A stretch of 63,784 bases of DNA, counting the filler, from Intoshia linei (taxonomy: Eukaryota > Animalia > Orthonectida), in the NCBI GenBank assembly GCA_001642005.1. It is 5 parts of 5 records of this genome, joined end to end, with 100 filler letters (N's around TTAATTAATTAA, not from the genome) between each part and the next. Parts side by side here need not be neighbours in the genome. Positions count along the whole stretch, not along the records: positions 1 to 23,956 come from LWCA01000543.1; 4 more parts are not named here. One strand, given 5' to 3'. This document shows positions 1 to 14,100 of the stretch, one piece after another. The translations under genes were made by a program, and so were the position numbers. How positions within the stretch are numbered: position 1 is the stretch's first letter; the number at the start of each line of letters is the position of its first letter. Below the pieces are notes generated by a model. The model was not told where the DNA came from. It was given only the letters and a program-made list of their open reading frames with translations, and ran no database searches.

Positions 1-454
1 ATGAAAACAGTTTAAGAACAATTATTTGTCAGGAACTACGAGTTTATTATGTTTGCAAAATTGATGAGGCGTTCAAAGTAACTAAATAATTAAAAATTTC
101 AATTTCTACTTCTTTCAGAGTTTTTTTTTTATTTTTTTACCAATGAAAGATCTTCCAAAACGTTTAATATATAAAAAATTAAAAAAAACCTAGCATGTTA
201 AATAGATTGGTTCATATAAATTGCAAAATTGCTGCGAGGGAGTATATAAACATTTCTGAGAAATGTTACATTGTTGTCAAATGAATTAATCATTCGATTT
301 GTACACTAACAAATCTTTTGCTATCACTCATGTGACATGAGTCATGTACTTTGTTACAAAGAAACAAAATGTTATTTTTCAATAAAGTTTATATAAAATG
401 TTGAAACTATTGGCTCTAAAATACTCAAGGCATTTATTCATTAATGATATAACA

Positions 455-778
455 ATGAATCACGTGAATACTATTTGTGATATTTGTCGTGTTGAATATG
501 AGAAATTGAAAATTATAGAACATATGGAATTTTGCAATAAAATACCAAATGTACCTTGTGTATATGCGGACACTCCAATTTGTCTCAAATTAAAATCTTT
601 ATCTAAATACGAAATGAAAGAGTTGTATGTAAATGGTTACAGTATGATGGAAAAGTTGAACTGGAATGATGAAACTGGCTTGGGAAAAAACGAAACTGGA
701 ATCTTAAAACCATTTATTGGAGATGGTTACTTCAAAACTGATAGCCGTGGATTAGGATTTGATAGTAATTGTAAATAG
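455..778 (+). CDS. Small protein with C2HC (UBZ4-like) zinc finger and C-terminal G-patch domain, 107 aa (126 aa if ATG 398 is used)
   Basis: NGYSMMEKLNWNDETGLGKNETGILKP...RGLGF fits the G-patch consensus (GxxMxxKxGWxxGxGLGKxxxGIxxP). CDIC-x11-HMEFC has CxxC-x11-H-x3-C spacing. Intronless ORF. Confidence 0.75.
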   Translation: MNHVNTICDICRVEYEKLKIIEHMEFCNKIPNVPCVYADTPICLKLKSLSKYEMKELYVNGYSMMEKLNWNDETGLGKNETGILKPFIGDGYFKTDSRGLGFDSNCK

Positions 779-849
779 ACTCAAAACATTAAAACAAGAA
801 ACTATGTTCGTTGGATTTCGATATTTGACCAGTAATTTGATCTTTAAAA

Positions 850-1920
850 ATGTATATTATCTTTGAAGTTTTAAATCATGGCGTGACACTCCAACACATC
901 AAAAAAATACATTATGTGGAATGAAAAATTTTCTTTGACAGTGAAAGCAACGGGATGATGTGTTTAATGTAATAAATTTAAATCTACTCAAGTCTCTTTG
1001 TACTTTAATCTCTTCATAAAGCTCTTTCTCAGTGTTTTTTCTATTAGGGATAGATTTTAAATTATTCTGTGTACCATTTATCCTTTAACCTTGTTATCTT
1101 ATAAAAAATGGAAACTATTCACATTCATTACAAAATAATTTTTTTAATGTTTTCCAGATTTATCATTACTGAAGCTCAATCAGATGAACACCCAACAATG
1201 TGTCTATGCAAATAAATATTGAATCTATTCATTTTTTCAAAAATAACACCATTAAGTTTCAGACTAGTCATAGATCCTCTTAATTTAGTAAGGCCTAATG
1301 ATCAATGGTTTGTTTGTCCATGAAAATATATCGTTTATTTATTATAGAGTTTTCCCCTAGAATCTAGGCTTAAGGAATACCTAGTGCCAAATTTAATTTG
1401 TTCTTTAAAATATTTTTTAATTGTTTTTTGTCAGTAGCAAATCTAAGAATGATATTTTTTATGGGTGAATGACTCTTTGGTGGTATATCATAAGTGTTTT
1501 TTTAAGATTCCTAAATAAATGAACTCTTGGCTGTAACATTAAAGATTAATCCATCTTTGCAAGGTAGTCGTGTGGCATCTTCATATATAATTCTTTTTGC
1601 TAAATAATTATCTATCGTTGGTTGTATTGATTTTCGATTGCCATGAATGATATGCACAGCACCCTAACAGACATTCATTTTTGTATAAGTAAAAAATCTA
1701 TAATAAATAAATAAATTTTTTGTTAACATGTAAAGAATAGAAATACAAAAAATGAAACATTAATTACAATAAAATAATTAAATTGGACCTTACGCATAAA
1801 ATGAAAAAAAAAAAATCAAGTCAAAAGCAGATGTACTGTATCCGAGTTTACGTAGTCTGCATCTGGACAATATGGTTGTAAAATGACTGAAATAAATCGC
1901 ACTCAACTATACCATTTCAT
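850..1920 (-). mobile_element. Degenerate hAT-superfamily transposase relic
   Basis: Minus-strand frameshifted or stopped pieces: KDGLIFNVTAKSSFI, YDIPPKSHSPIKNIILRFA, LGLTKLRGSM and RHIVGCSSD*ASVMI (hAT-type IVGxxSDGASVM motif). Boundaries approximate. Confidence 0.65.
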
Positions 1921-2162
1921 AATACGCTTTATCAATATAAATTAAAAGATTAAATTTCTACTTTGTTGATTAATTTCGAAAATGTATGTTTAAAATTAAA
2001 TTAAAAAGTGTAAACTTTATTAAAACATTGAAAGAATCTATTGGAAATCTATTGAAAGCAAATAATCACAATTACATCAATTAATGATATTTGAAATAAA
2101 TATACTTTGCATTTGAATCAATGAAACTTAACATTTAAACTTAATTTAAAGAAGATGAAATA

Positions 2163-5100
2163 ATGCTTAAAAGAATTTTATTAATTTACCTTTTTTGTAC
2201 ATTTGCTTATAGCTTCGAGAACACTGTGAATAAAACAAATGAAACTATTGTAATTTTTAATATTTAATGTTACAAAAATTAAATTCAGCTGGGCTATGTA
2301 ATAGTAGCAGTAGGGGCGCCAGAATTTTTGAAAGGCATGGAAATATCAGTTTAAAAGAAGGGTAATTTGGTGTTTTTGCCCTGAAGATATAATTTTTTTA
2401 AATTTAAATAAAATGTTTATGATTTTAAAATCCGTATCAGCGTATATATTTTTTTAAATTCTCCAACTCGTTTGATTTTTGAAAAGAGGGACAACTGGGG
2501 TTTTTGACCCGTAAGATGTAAAATTGGGAGGTTGAAATTAAGTTTGCGAACACCCCCGGAAAAAACTGTATTTGAAGTGTGGACTTTATAAAATTCTAAG
2601 ACGGGTAGTTATTTAAATAAAAGTGGACACACACACACACAAACAAAAATCGCGTAGCATATTATATAAGTTAGGATTAAAAAAGTCAATATCAATTTTT
2701 TTTGATATTTTATAATTTGTTATTAGTGCGATCCCTGTCATTGCTTTGTAATCTTTTAAGATTTAGGTTGGTTCTAATAAAAAAGGTGATATAATGTGTA
2801 AACAATATTGGTAATATTGTAATATATCCCGTTCTAAATTAAATTGGTTGGGCAGAGCTTGAATTTTTTTGAAATTAAATTTGGTCGCGTAGCTGTAGAA
2901 GTTGAGAACCACTATACTAATCCTATCCGGACTACAATGTATATTGCATATACATTGTAATTTAGAAAACTGTACAAAACAAAACTATTAAAACACCTCA
3001 AATTACAACAAAACTACCATTGATTTATGACTCTACCAATATTACACCTGTCATCAAACCCATCACCCCCATCAACAATTTAAGAGAAATACCTGTAAAT
3101 ACCAATAATATAAAAAATACTACTTTACTAATTATCCCAGAAAAAAACATAGACGAATTTATTGAATCAAGAAACAATTACGTTTTAATGTTTTTTATGT
3201 TGTTATTTTTAACAATATGGACAATATATTTATATTTATACAATTCAACGATACAAGGATTTTTAATTTCGAAAATTTGCAATAAATTAATGCAAAACGA
3301 TTCAATTACAATAGGTTCTATAAGTTTAAATTTAATTTCTGGAAAGATGTCATTCCGTGAATGTACTTATACGTGTAGTGATTATACTGTATTCATTTTG
3401 TCTGGTACAATAGTTTTTCGATACTGGGCAAATAGCGGAGATTCTATTGTATCAAATATGAACTCTGTAATACTGTTTATTAATGACCGTACTAAAAAGA
3501 ATATTTTCGACAATGACGATAAAACGGATGAATCTGACAGTGAACACGAACCAATGAATCAAGCATACCAACAGGCACAGTCAATTTGGGGTACCATTGT
3601 GAAATGTAAATTTGAAAAAATGATGAGAACTGTAAGCTTGTCTAGTAATAAAATTATGACTGTATTTTATAATCCAATTGGAGAAGAATCTTTAATTCTT
3701 AACGTTAATAAAATTTCCTTAAATTATTCCATGATGGCATCAACTAACAAACTTGATCAATTGAATCACAATTTAAACTTTTGTGCGGCTTCAATAAATT
3801 GTAAATTTGAAAAAAATGAAAAGATAAAAATAAATGATGATCAAAAAACAATATCTGAGGAAGGAGAAGAATTTTTTAAAGGTTTCAATATAGAAGGAAA
3901 TTATTATTACGATGAACCTGGTATATCACCTGAATTTGAAAAATTGTTGAATGCAAATGCTCCAAATTATGGTTTAAAAGTATCATTTTATGAAAAAGCT
4001 TACTTATTTTACGGACCAGAAAATGAAAGAAGACGACAAAAAATGTATCAATATTATTATCCTCAAAACTTTCAAACCTTTCCAGTAAAAAGTAACATTC
4101 TTACCGGAGAGTCTCGATTGCATTTATTTTTTAAATTGAATTTGACATTTTGTGGTGGACTACAAATTACATTTAATCACAAAAACGACGATTTAGAATT
4201 TACGACACATTGTCATATTGAAGAAAAATCAGTTTTAAAATTAGAATTTCCCTTGGTCCAAATTTCTGAAATGACTACCGTAATTACAAAAATTTGTCTA
4301 AGTAATGTTAAAGTGCATACATGTCTTGATTTTAAACCTTTCATTACGGCAAGAAATTTAAATATTAATTTGTCCATTGAAAGTGGCAATGTTTGGAATA
4401 AGTTTCAAAATTGGACACTGGAAATTCATTCAAATTCGTCGACAGTTTACTTTTTAATGGAACACAAGAATTATGTTTGCAATTTTATTAAAGATTGGTC
4501 TGATCAAATGGGTGGACATGCTGATATTTATAAATTTATTCCGTATCAATGGAAAATTAATTTGAATGGTATAAATTTTCAAATAGTTTTGGGTACGTCA
4601 GAGTTTAATTTAATGAATTTGGACAGAAATTTGTTTTCTGATAATGATTTTATTGATATTATTGCAAATGTTTTTAATTTTGAAATTTGTTTTCTTTTTC
4701 ACAAATTTTTACCTGAAAAGGAGACGGTTCCATTTAATGTAAATGCTAAAATGTTGGCATTAAGAATGCTTACATCCAAATCAAATTGCAATTTGGAAAG
4801 GTTGAAATTGTTGAATTTAATGGTGTCTCAAAATTTAAAAAACGATCGAAATTCTTTTACTTTCAATCCACCACTTTCTTCAGAAGACTGGGTTCAAGTT
4901 GCAACGTCACCAAATTTAGTTATAAAGGGATTGTATACTTTTATACCTTATACAAATTCATTTAGAACAAATGAAAATGATTTTTTTCATTACACTCAAA
5001 ATGAAGTCTTTTTAATGGAATATGATGAACCTAAACCCAAATTTAAACTTAAGAGACAAATTTATCATGATGTAAAGTACAATTTTAATCTTGCTAAAAT

Positions 5101-8100
5101 TGAATCTGATAAATTGGTTTTGAATGTAAAAATTGATGATATTGATATGCTTTTATATGGTATTCTTTTGAGGCACTTTTGGTATTTCAAGGAAAATTAT
5201 CTTGGTTATCATTTAAACATTTTAGATAAAAATGACAATTATTTTGAAAAAGTTATCAACAATTGTAGAAACAATTGTCCAGATTTGAAAAATTTAAAAA
5301 ATCAATTGTATGATGCCCGTTTGTTTAGATTGTTGGACATTGAATTGTGTATTAATTTAAAGGATATTAAAGTTAAATTGTTGAGGTTGAAAAATTTACA
5401 AATTGATGTTAATTCTGATAAATCTGAATCTACTTATAAACCGTTTCAAGGTCAGTGTAGTGAAAGTAAAAATGATTACGATGTTTTGTATACTAAAAAT
5501 TTTACATTTGAATATCAAAGAAAACCTAATGAATCACGATTACAATTGTACATTCATCCCTTGTTTATAGCGTCAGAAGATCGAATGGAATCAGATGGCG
5601 CTATCTGTGTTTCGTCTATACAAGTGAGAGGTAATGGTTGTTTATCAACCACTAATGTGCCAATGCATTTTAGTCCAATTGAATATTCGTGGGCCATGAA
5701 TATTTGTGTTGGTGACGTAACTGGGCGTATAGATGTCCATCATTTACTTTCTTTGGCGTCATTTGCCGAAGAATTTATTTTAGACATTTCGAATGATGGT
5801 TACCATTTTGAGAAACCATTGATTCACGAAATATGCATGCATGGAGCATGTCTATATCATTGCGAAAGTGTAAATTGTACAAAAATGGAATCTCTCAAGT
5901 ATCGTTCACTAGTTTGTTCTATTGACAGTTTTGATGTGTCAATTGTAGAGGAGTCAATCTGCACTAAAATTTTGATAAAGTACTTGAGATTAAATAGTTG
6001 TAATAGGCATTTTAATAGTCTTGTAGAGAGTTTACAATTATTACTACCTCAAGTTAATGTTGAACATTATATAAAATCTGCATTTTCTCACAATGATAAG
6101 GACGATAAGAATGATGTTTGGATTTTATGTGGAGAAACTAAACTAGAAAATGTATATTTCGTCAACTTCACCATAAATAATTTGATTAACAATATAAACA
6201 AGAAAAATTTTGTAAAATTTGGCAAAGGTTTCACCAAAACTTGTGACAATGTAAGTGAAATGAATACACGTAAAAATGAAAAAATTTTCAAAGTTGGTCG
6301 AAAATCTATAAACATTTATAAAAGTAATACTTTTCTTTACCGTATATTTAACAAGAAAAAATTGATAAAATCCATCAACGCAAAAAGTCATCGTATTAAA
6401 ACTATGATTGCAAATAACGTTAGAAAAATTAAATACCGGCACCATGATATTTACACTTTAACAAATGAAGACGAAAATACAAATTTATCAGATTATGATA
6501 TTATTACCCCTAGTAGTAATATTATAACATCAGAAAATCCTCTAATGTTTCCTTTATCTATATCAACCCTGGAACCTAAAAAAATTGGCCATGATAAGAG
6601 TATCTTTAATTTAAACATTAATGATTTAGAAAACGAATTTGATCAAGTCAATACAGATTCATACATTTATGTACACGATAAATTTCACAAACGTTTAAAT
6701 TTTCTGTGGGATGATAAAATTGATCCATCGATGGCTACAGTTTCTCATACTGCAAAATATAGTCAAAATAAATCTAATGGGAATAGTTGTTCTTGTAATG
6801 GTGAATATACATTTTTTGGTACTAAATATAACGGTAGCATGTTTTTTTACGTTACTAACCCTAGAAATATTAAAAAATGCGTCGATAAAATTTTGCCTCT
6901 ACCGTTAATTGGCCACGGCCAATCTTTGTTTACTGAATCTTTGCTTAGGGATTTGGAAATTAATGTAGATGGACAATTTTTCAAGTCTAAGGATATATAC
7001 AAGACTATAAATAGAGTGGATTTAGAAAATAATTTTGATTATTCTAAAAATACTAATAAATATGATGACGCGAAAACAAATTATGAAAATTTTAATAATC
7101 AGTCAATTAAAAGGTCTACTTCTCAGTCATCGACTCTTAAGGGTTCCAGAGAAAATGTTAATGAAGGTTTCAGAGAAATTGATTTAAAAAATTTGTCAAA
7201 ATGTTATCGAAGTTGTTCAGTTCAAAATAATAGTGTCCTTCCGAGGGGTCTTGTCCTAAATAAATTAAAATCATTGTCTCATGATACAGTCATTCGTTTA
7301 AAATCAGATTCAGATTTGAATCTGTCTTCTTCAAGTCAAAATCAAAATGATCATAATCAAAATCAAAAAGAACGGGAACATGAATATGATGTAAACATTC
7401 ATCATAAATATATTGACCTTCACCAACAAACTAGTGAACCTATTACACATTGTGAACTTTTAATGGAAGGTTATACTTCTTTTTTGAAAACGTATTCTTG
7501 TGCAAATTGGCGTTCTCATATGGATTATTCGTATGATATGACTGCAACTATGTCTAAATTTGCAACATTTAAACCCATTTTTTTTCAAGAAACTAGTGGT
7601 TTTTCTATAAATTCAATGAAAACTGAAAACAATTTGAATGAATCTAATGAAAATGATAAATTGTTTCATGAATATTTAGACGACGATAAAAATGAAAATT
7701 TCAACTACTTAGAATTTGATTCCATTTCTGCGTTTGTAACCCCATTGGTTTTGGAACAATTTGGTAAATATTTAACTAGTGTTGGTCGTTTTATATCAAA
7801 TGTTCATTTCACAGAATTTTTAATAGGCATTAACCGAAAAATTTTTTCATTTTGCAATGAAACTATGAAAAAAAAGTTTGAGAGCACTTTTGATTATAAT
7901 GAAAAATTTGAAAATTTAAATTCCACCATAAACGTGGTAGTAAAAAAGATTAATCTTTCAACTCTTCAAATAAACTTGGCCGAGTATATTGTTTCAGTAT
8001 TTGATCTTCAAATGCCTAATGAACTGTTGGCGTCGAGTATTTGTAATATTAATGGCACAAATTTAAAATTTATGTTGCATCCCGATTCACATTTAGATCG

Positions 8101-11100
8101 AAAAAAGGGTGAAACGTGTAAAACGAAGAGTAAAATTGAAAATAAAAAAGATTTATTAGACTTGGATCAGGAATCATTCAATTTAATGAAAATTTCAATA
8201 GATAAAATTGTATTTCAATTACGTCGAATTTCAAATAAAGATACATTTGACATGTCGAAAATTTCACTAAAATATATTGATGATGTATCCGGTATTAAAA
8301 TTATTGACAAAAATATACTAAATTTTGCAATGTTTGAAGCAATAGTTGAAAATGTTTCATTCAGTGTATTCTTGGATAAATTAAAAAAAATTAAACCACT
8401 CAAAAAAACACCTTTCGATACTAAAAATTCAAATAAACCCCAAAATTCAAATTCTAAACCGAAAAAATTTAAAGTTTTTAAAAGATTACGTAAAAAAATG
8501 TCAAACGGACATACTAGTTTTAAATTTTGTGAAAATAATAAAAATGGTTGGGATTGTAATTTAAATGACGAAAAAAAAGAAATTTATTTTGAAAATGGAA
8601 AAATTGAAATTTATGTTCATAAAGTTTATGCCATGTTTGCGCCACCTCCTTCAAATGCGTCAATAGATAATTTTCAGTTTAAAAGAACTGATTGGGATTT
8701 AGTTAGTACTACAAATCCAGCTGCAAAAGCCTGGATGCCGGAATCGTTTAGATTGAAACGTATACTTTTCGAAGTTTGTAGTATCTATGATGCAAAATTG
8801 TACAAAATGTTTTCCTTTTTAATGGTTAAATCTTTGGAAAATTCTCTATTTTTATTAAATCATAAAATTTATAAATATAATTATCTCGATAACATGTCAA
8901 ATGTTTATAGAATGGACCCATCTTTTCAATTAATGTGTGTAATGTATAATACGATTTTTAATAGTAAAGATTCTTTGAATCAAATTGAAAATGCTTTGAA
9001 TTATAAAAATTCTCCAAGTATTCAAATTCTCAAGAGTGGAATTTTTGCTTTAATTAGTCAATGGCGTTTGTCGTTTACTTTGAATACGTCCAATGTTTCG
9101 AATCATTTAAATTATCAATACAAACCTGTGAAAGCTAAATCTAATATAGGTCCCTATGAAAAGATTGATAAATTTGACCCCAAAAATGACAATTCTGAAG
9201 AATCTTACATTTCGAATGGTTTTAAGGTATTATCAAAAGTTTTACGGTCGGTTATTAATCAAGATGACAGTGAAAAAATTTCAATGGAAAACTATTCACA
9301 AACTACTAGGAATGAAAATTCAAATACTTCTCATGAATCTTCTTATGAACAAGTTTTAAAGTTTAAAACTCATAATCGTCTGTATTCAGATTCAAAAATT
9401 CATGATTATGATTATACTGGTAAATTTTCAAATCTTGTCAATAGTTTAAATCTTAATCCTAATGCAAAGTCAATGTTGGATAAATTATTTTCAAATGTTT
9501 TTGGAAAAATTTTTAATTTAAAAATTTTGATTGATAAAATTACAATAGATATTGCTAAAACTAAAAAACAAAAAAAAATTATAATTTCTACCTTTAAACA
9601 CGAAACTCCTACTTTTGAATCTAATAATTTTGTTTTAAATTTCCTGTCAAACAAACTGTTTAATAAGGATAAATTGAATCTTAAATCCAAAGATTTTCAA
9701 AATTCTAAAGTTTTAAATTTTGATAAACATGATTTTGTCTTGTGTATTAATTGCGATTCAATTAGTCAGCATATTAACATGTCTTTATTGTTGCTATTAT
9801 TGGTTCAATTTAGAAAAATGTTTGATAATATTCACCAAATTAGAGTAGAACTTGAGGCTGAAAATACTACAAATTATTCAACTTCTGCGCATCATTCTAA
9901 ATCCAATTCAAAGTCTTCTTCAGGGTCCATGTTTGATAATGTGAATTTTGATTCTAGAAATAATAAAAAGTGTAACGATAGTTTTTCAGTGTCAAAATCT
10001 AATGTAATTTCCAAGTTTAGTAAGCAAGTCGATTCTAATGATAACTCTACAGCGAAAAGTGATTTGATGAAAAAACCGTGCAAAAATGAGTTTATTGGAA
10101 TTTGGTCAAAATTTAATAATATCGTCAAATCTTTTGAATCGACTGGAAAATTTGAAAGGGAAAAGGAAATTAAAAGTGAGGATATGGATTTAGTTGTACT
10201 TCAAATTTTTGTTGGGTTTAAACTGATCAATATAACTGCTATTCTTAGTGGTTTGAAATTTGAGGCAAATTCGATAGATAATTATGCATCTCTAGTAATG
10301 GACACTCAGTTTATTTCTAATAAAAAAAATGGTAATTTTAAACCAGTTTATTGTAATAAAGATACTGTAATTTCCGTTTTGGGATCAATTTCTCAGATTG
10401 GAGTGGAATTTTCAGAAAAAATTGAAAATGAATATAAAAATATTTTCATGATTAATATATCCCCGTCATCCATTTTATTGTCTTTGAAAGATTCTAAACA
10501 AATGCAGCCAATTTCGAATAATAATAATAAGCAAAACTTTTGTCTTTATAGTAATATTGGTGATTTGAATGTCACGGTTCCATATAATCCTATAAAATTA
10601 CATGGCGTTGTGCAAAGGAGTAATAAACGTGTAGTAGATATGATTATAATTTGTTTTGGCCATAAACATGCAGATTTAATTGCGAATAAGGCAAATTATC
10701 ACATGGAAGCTATACGGTATTGGATTCGTATGAGAAATGCGTCTAAAAAGGTGAACCAATATTCTGATTTAAAAAAATTTTCAAATATTTTAAATTACAC
10801 TGTAGAAGTAAAATCTATTAAAATTGAAGCAACGCTATTGCCCGTAATGTTTGCTCAATATAATGTAGAAAAAATTTTTATCTTGGGACGTCATTCACAA
10901 TATTTGGGTTTGGAAGCTTCAATTAAAAGTCATAGTTTAACATTCACGTCAAATTTACCTCAAGTAAATGGAGATTTTAATTCTGAAAAGGAAAAACAAA
11001 ACACCAAAACTGTAAATGTAAAATTACCTAGGGCTAAATTGACTGCGAAATGGCAATCTTTGGACGAATCTCCTACAAATCAACAAAATATTGTAGATAT

Positions 11101-14100
11101 TTCTAATGCTATTGCTTTAATTGATGATTATAGTTTATCTAAATCTTTCAAAAAAGCCGACCAAGTTTGTGCAGATTCATTTACTAGTGAAACGCAAATA
11201 TCCGGTCTATGGAAAGTGGAAATTTTGGTAGACGATTACGAATATAATATTTCAACAAATTTTATCAATCATTTAATGTTTGCTAGTAAATTGTTCATTT
11301 TCGAACTTAATGAAATTTATAAAAAAATGACGGGAAATGTCGCAGTAAATTTTGAAAAAAATTCAAATTCTAAAAATGCTGTTCCAAAGTATGAAAAAAC
11401 TAAACAATTTAGGGGTTCAGAACAATCTGAAAAATTGTACAGTTTAGATCAGGAAATTTTAAATTTACCTGAAAAAAAGATTTTGTATAATGTTGAAATT
11501 GTATGGAATAAGGTACAATTGAGTGCTATTACCCCTTCACTCGTTATTATTCAATTGGTCACAAATGATATTTGTTTAAATTTTAATAATATACAAAGTT
11601 TCAACACTTCGATAGACAATCTCATGAAAAAAATGGAAAATGTAGAAAATTTCCCTTTTAATAATGTCGATATTGACAAGATTTTAAATTTATTAGAGTC
11701 TAAACTTTACCTCAAAGTTTCATTGGGAGTGTTACCTTCAAATGTTAATTTTAATGTAAATTCAAGTACAAATTTGTCGTTGAATGAAGCTTTTACGGAA
11801 ATGGCTTATTTTAAATGCAATTTAAAATTAGATAATCAAAATTTATCAAAACAGTCTAATAATTTGTTCTTGCAAATTATTAAACCTCAACTTTACGTGG
11901 AACCCATTTCTATTGATAAATTTATTGTCATTTGGATAAATTATAAAAATGATTACAATTTTTGGAGTGAAAAGATGATGTCTGCTAAAAGTTATTATAC
12001 TAATTATGAAAAAAAATTTTCAAGTTCATATGCCGGTATTTCCAAAATTGAAGCAATTAGGTTGTGTATCCTTATATCCGATTTAGAAATTTGCTTACCT
12101 GTTGTACAAGATGATCATTCTACTTATCAAAAACTTTTCATCTTGTGTCGTGTAAAGTGCGCATCGTTTAGTGTTTCTTCTCATGAAAATGTTACTTGTG
12201 CAGGGGATTTTAAAGGTTTAAATTTAAAATTGACAGATAATTATAAAACGGATCAAAGTTTGAACCCTAAAGAAAATTGTAATTCGGCTATTGTTCCAGA
12301 AGGCAATTTTAAATTTTCTTCTACTACTACCATAGGAAAAAAAACTGTAAATACTGTATTTGAAGACGAAATTTTACCGGAAAGATTTAGGGAAAATTTA
12401 GAAAATGTAAAAACTACCGAAACCTTAGAAAGTTTAGAAACTGATGAAACTGCTCAATGGGATATTTTTCTAGACTTTGATACAAAAGGCATGGATGTGT
12501 TTCTAGATACCACGTTTATAGAAAAATTGTATATTATTTCTCACACTTTTCGAAAATTTACAGATTCTGATGATAAAATGGACGGACAATCTGATAATCT
12601 CAGCGATATTATGAAGAGCAGTAAATCTTTCGTTAATGAAAATTCTAAAAACTTGGAAAATAATCCCCATTATCATATTGAAAAAATGATTAGCATTCAA
12701 GCTTCAAGAGTTTCAAATATGAGAGCAAAGGATAACCTCGAATCTACTCCATTCGATGATTCGCTTAGAGACAAGGAAATTAAGAAATTGAATATTCTCG
12801 AGACTATATATTCCAAGAATGCCAGGTTAACATTTATTAATAAACTAAAATCCACAGATATTAAACGTCGACCAAATAAACTCAATTTAACTACCAGTGA
12901 TAGTTATGACATTGAATCTAAACATTCTAGGGCGTCAAGTGATTTATCTAGTAGTAATTTTGACTATAAAAAAAGTTTTAAAATAAAAGTTGCTAGTCAG
13001 TCACAAATTAATATTAATGATTCTCAGAATATTAAAAATTTTACATTGCAACAAGACTTGCTCAATGAAACTAGGAATATTGTGGTTAGTTTTTTGTTTA
13101 AATTTAATTTCAAAATTTCATCCTTTTCAATTTATCTATTTTCAAATCAACCTAAACGTGAAAATGAAAATTTTACAAACATGAACCCTAAAAATGTATC
13201 TGTAACTGGCACAGCATTCAGAAATATCGTCCTACCTGATCATAATAAAACTACCATTGTTTTACCCGATGTTACATTAAATATAGATTGTCTTTCCCGT
13301 AAATCAAAGAAAAAGTTTATTAAAGTGTTTTGTGATATTGCTAGACTCAATGAGGATATTAAAGTAGAAACTTTTATATTGGATTTTTTTGAACAATCAT
13401 TGGAAAAGGCACAGAATGCGTCAAATTTAATTTACAATTATATTTATAAAAATGTAGAAAAAATGGAAAATGTTTATGTACAAAAACATGCGTCTTCGAC
13501 TTTTGAATTATTCATCAAAGTTCATGTAAATCCTATAAATATACAATTTGGTTGTTTACCTTATTGTGACGCAGCTTATTTGATACAAGTTCCCAAAACG
13601 GATGTATTTTTTTCTACATGTTATCAAGATAAAGGTCTACCCTCTCAAAATAATGTTGATTTTATGGACCATACTAAAAACTTTAATTTTCGAAATGTTT
13701 TGAATACAGTCTTTGATTCATTAGCCATACAAAAAAATATTTATGTGACTGTTGAAATGAAAAATTTAACCATGAAAATTATGCAACGTCTAAATAATGA
13801 TCGGAAAAAGGAACAAGAATTTGTAGCTTTAAAATTGTGTATAGATACCATAAAATGTCACTTTTCTAGAACTCAAGGTATTAGTCTTGATAATGTTACC
13901 AATGTTAAATTTTCAACCTTTTTGTCTCTTGGAGAATCTCTAATTTCTTTCAATATTGATGGCTTGGATCAAATTTTAATGATTCCTAAAAATTGGTATC
14001 GCAAAAATTTGGTTTCTTTATTATTTTATGGTTCAAATCGTTTAAAGGAAAATACAATCGAAAATGATTGGCAGTCTCTGATTTCTTTTTCCATTCATGT

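Noticed and set aside
1-259. Possible last two exons of an upstream gene (1-77, 206-259)
   Set aside because: Plausible GT-AG pair but short, unrecognisable and cut by the window edge.
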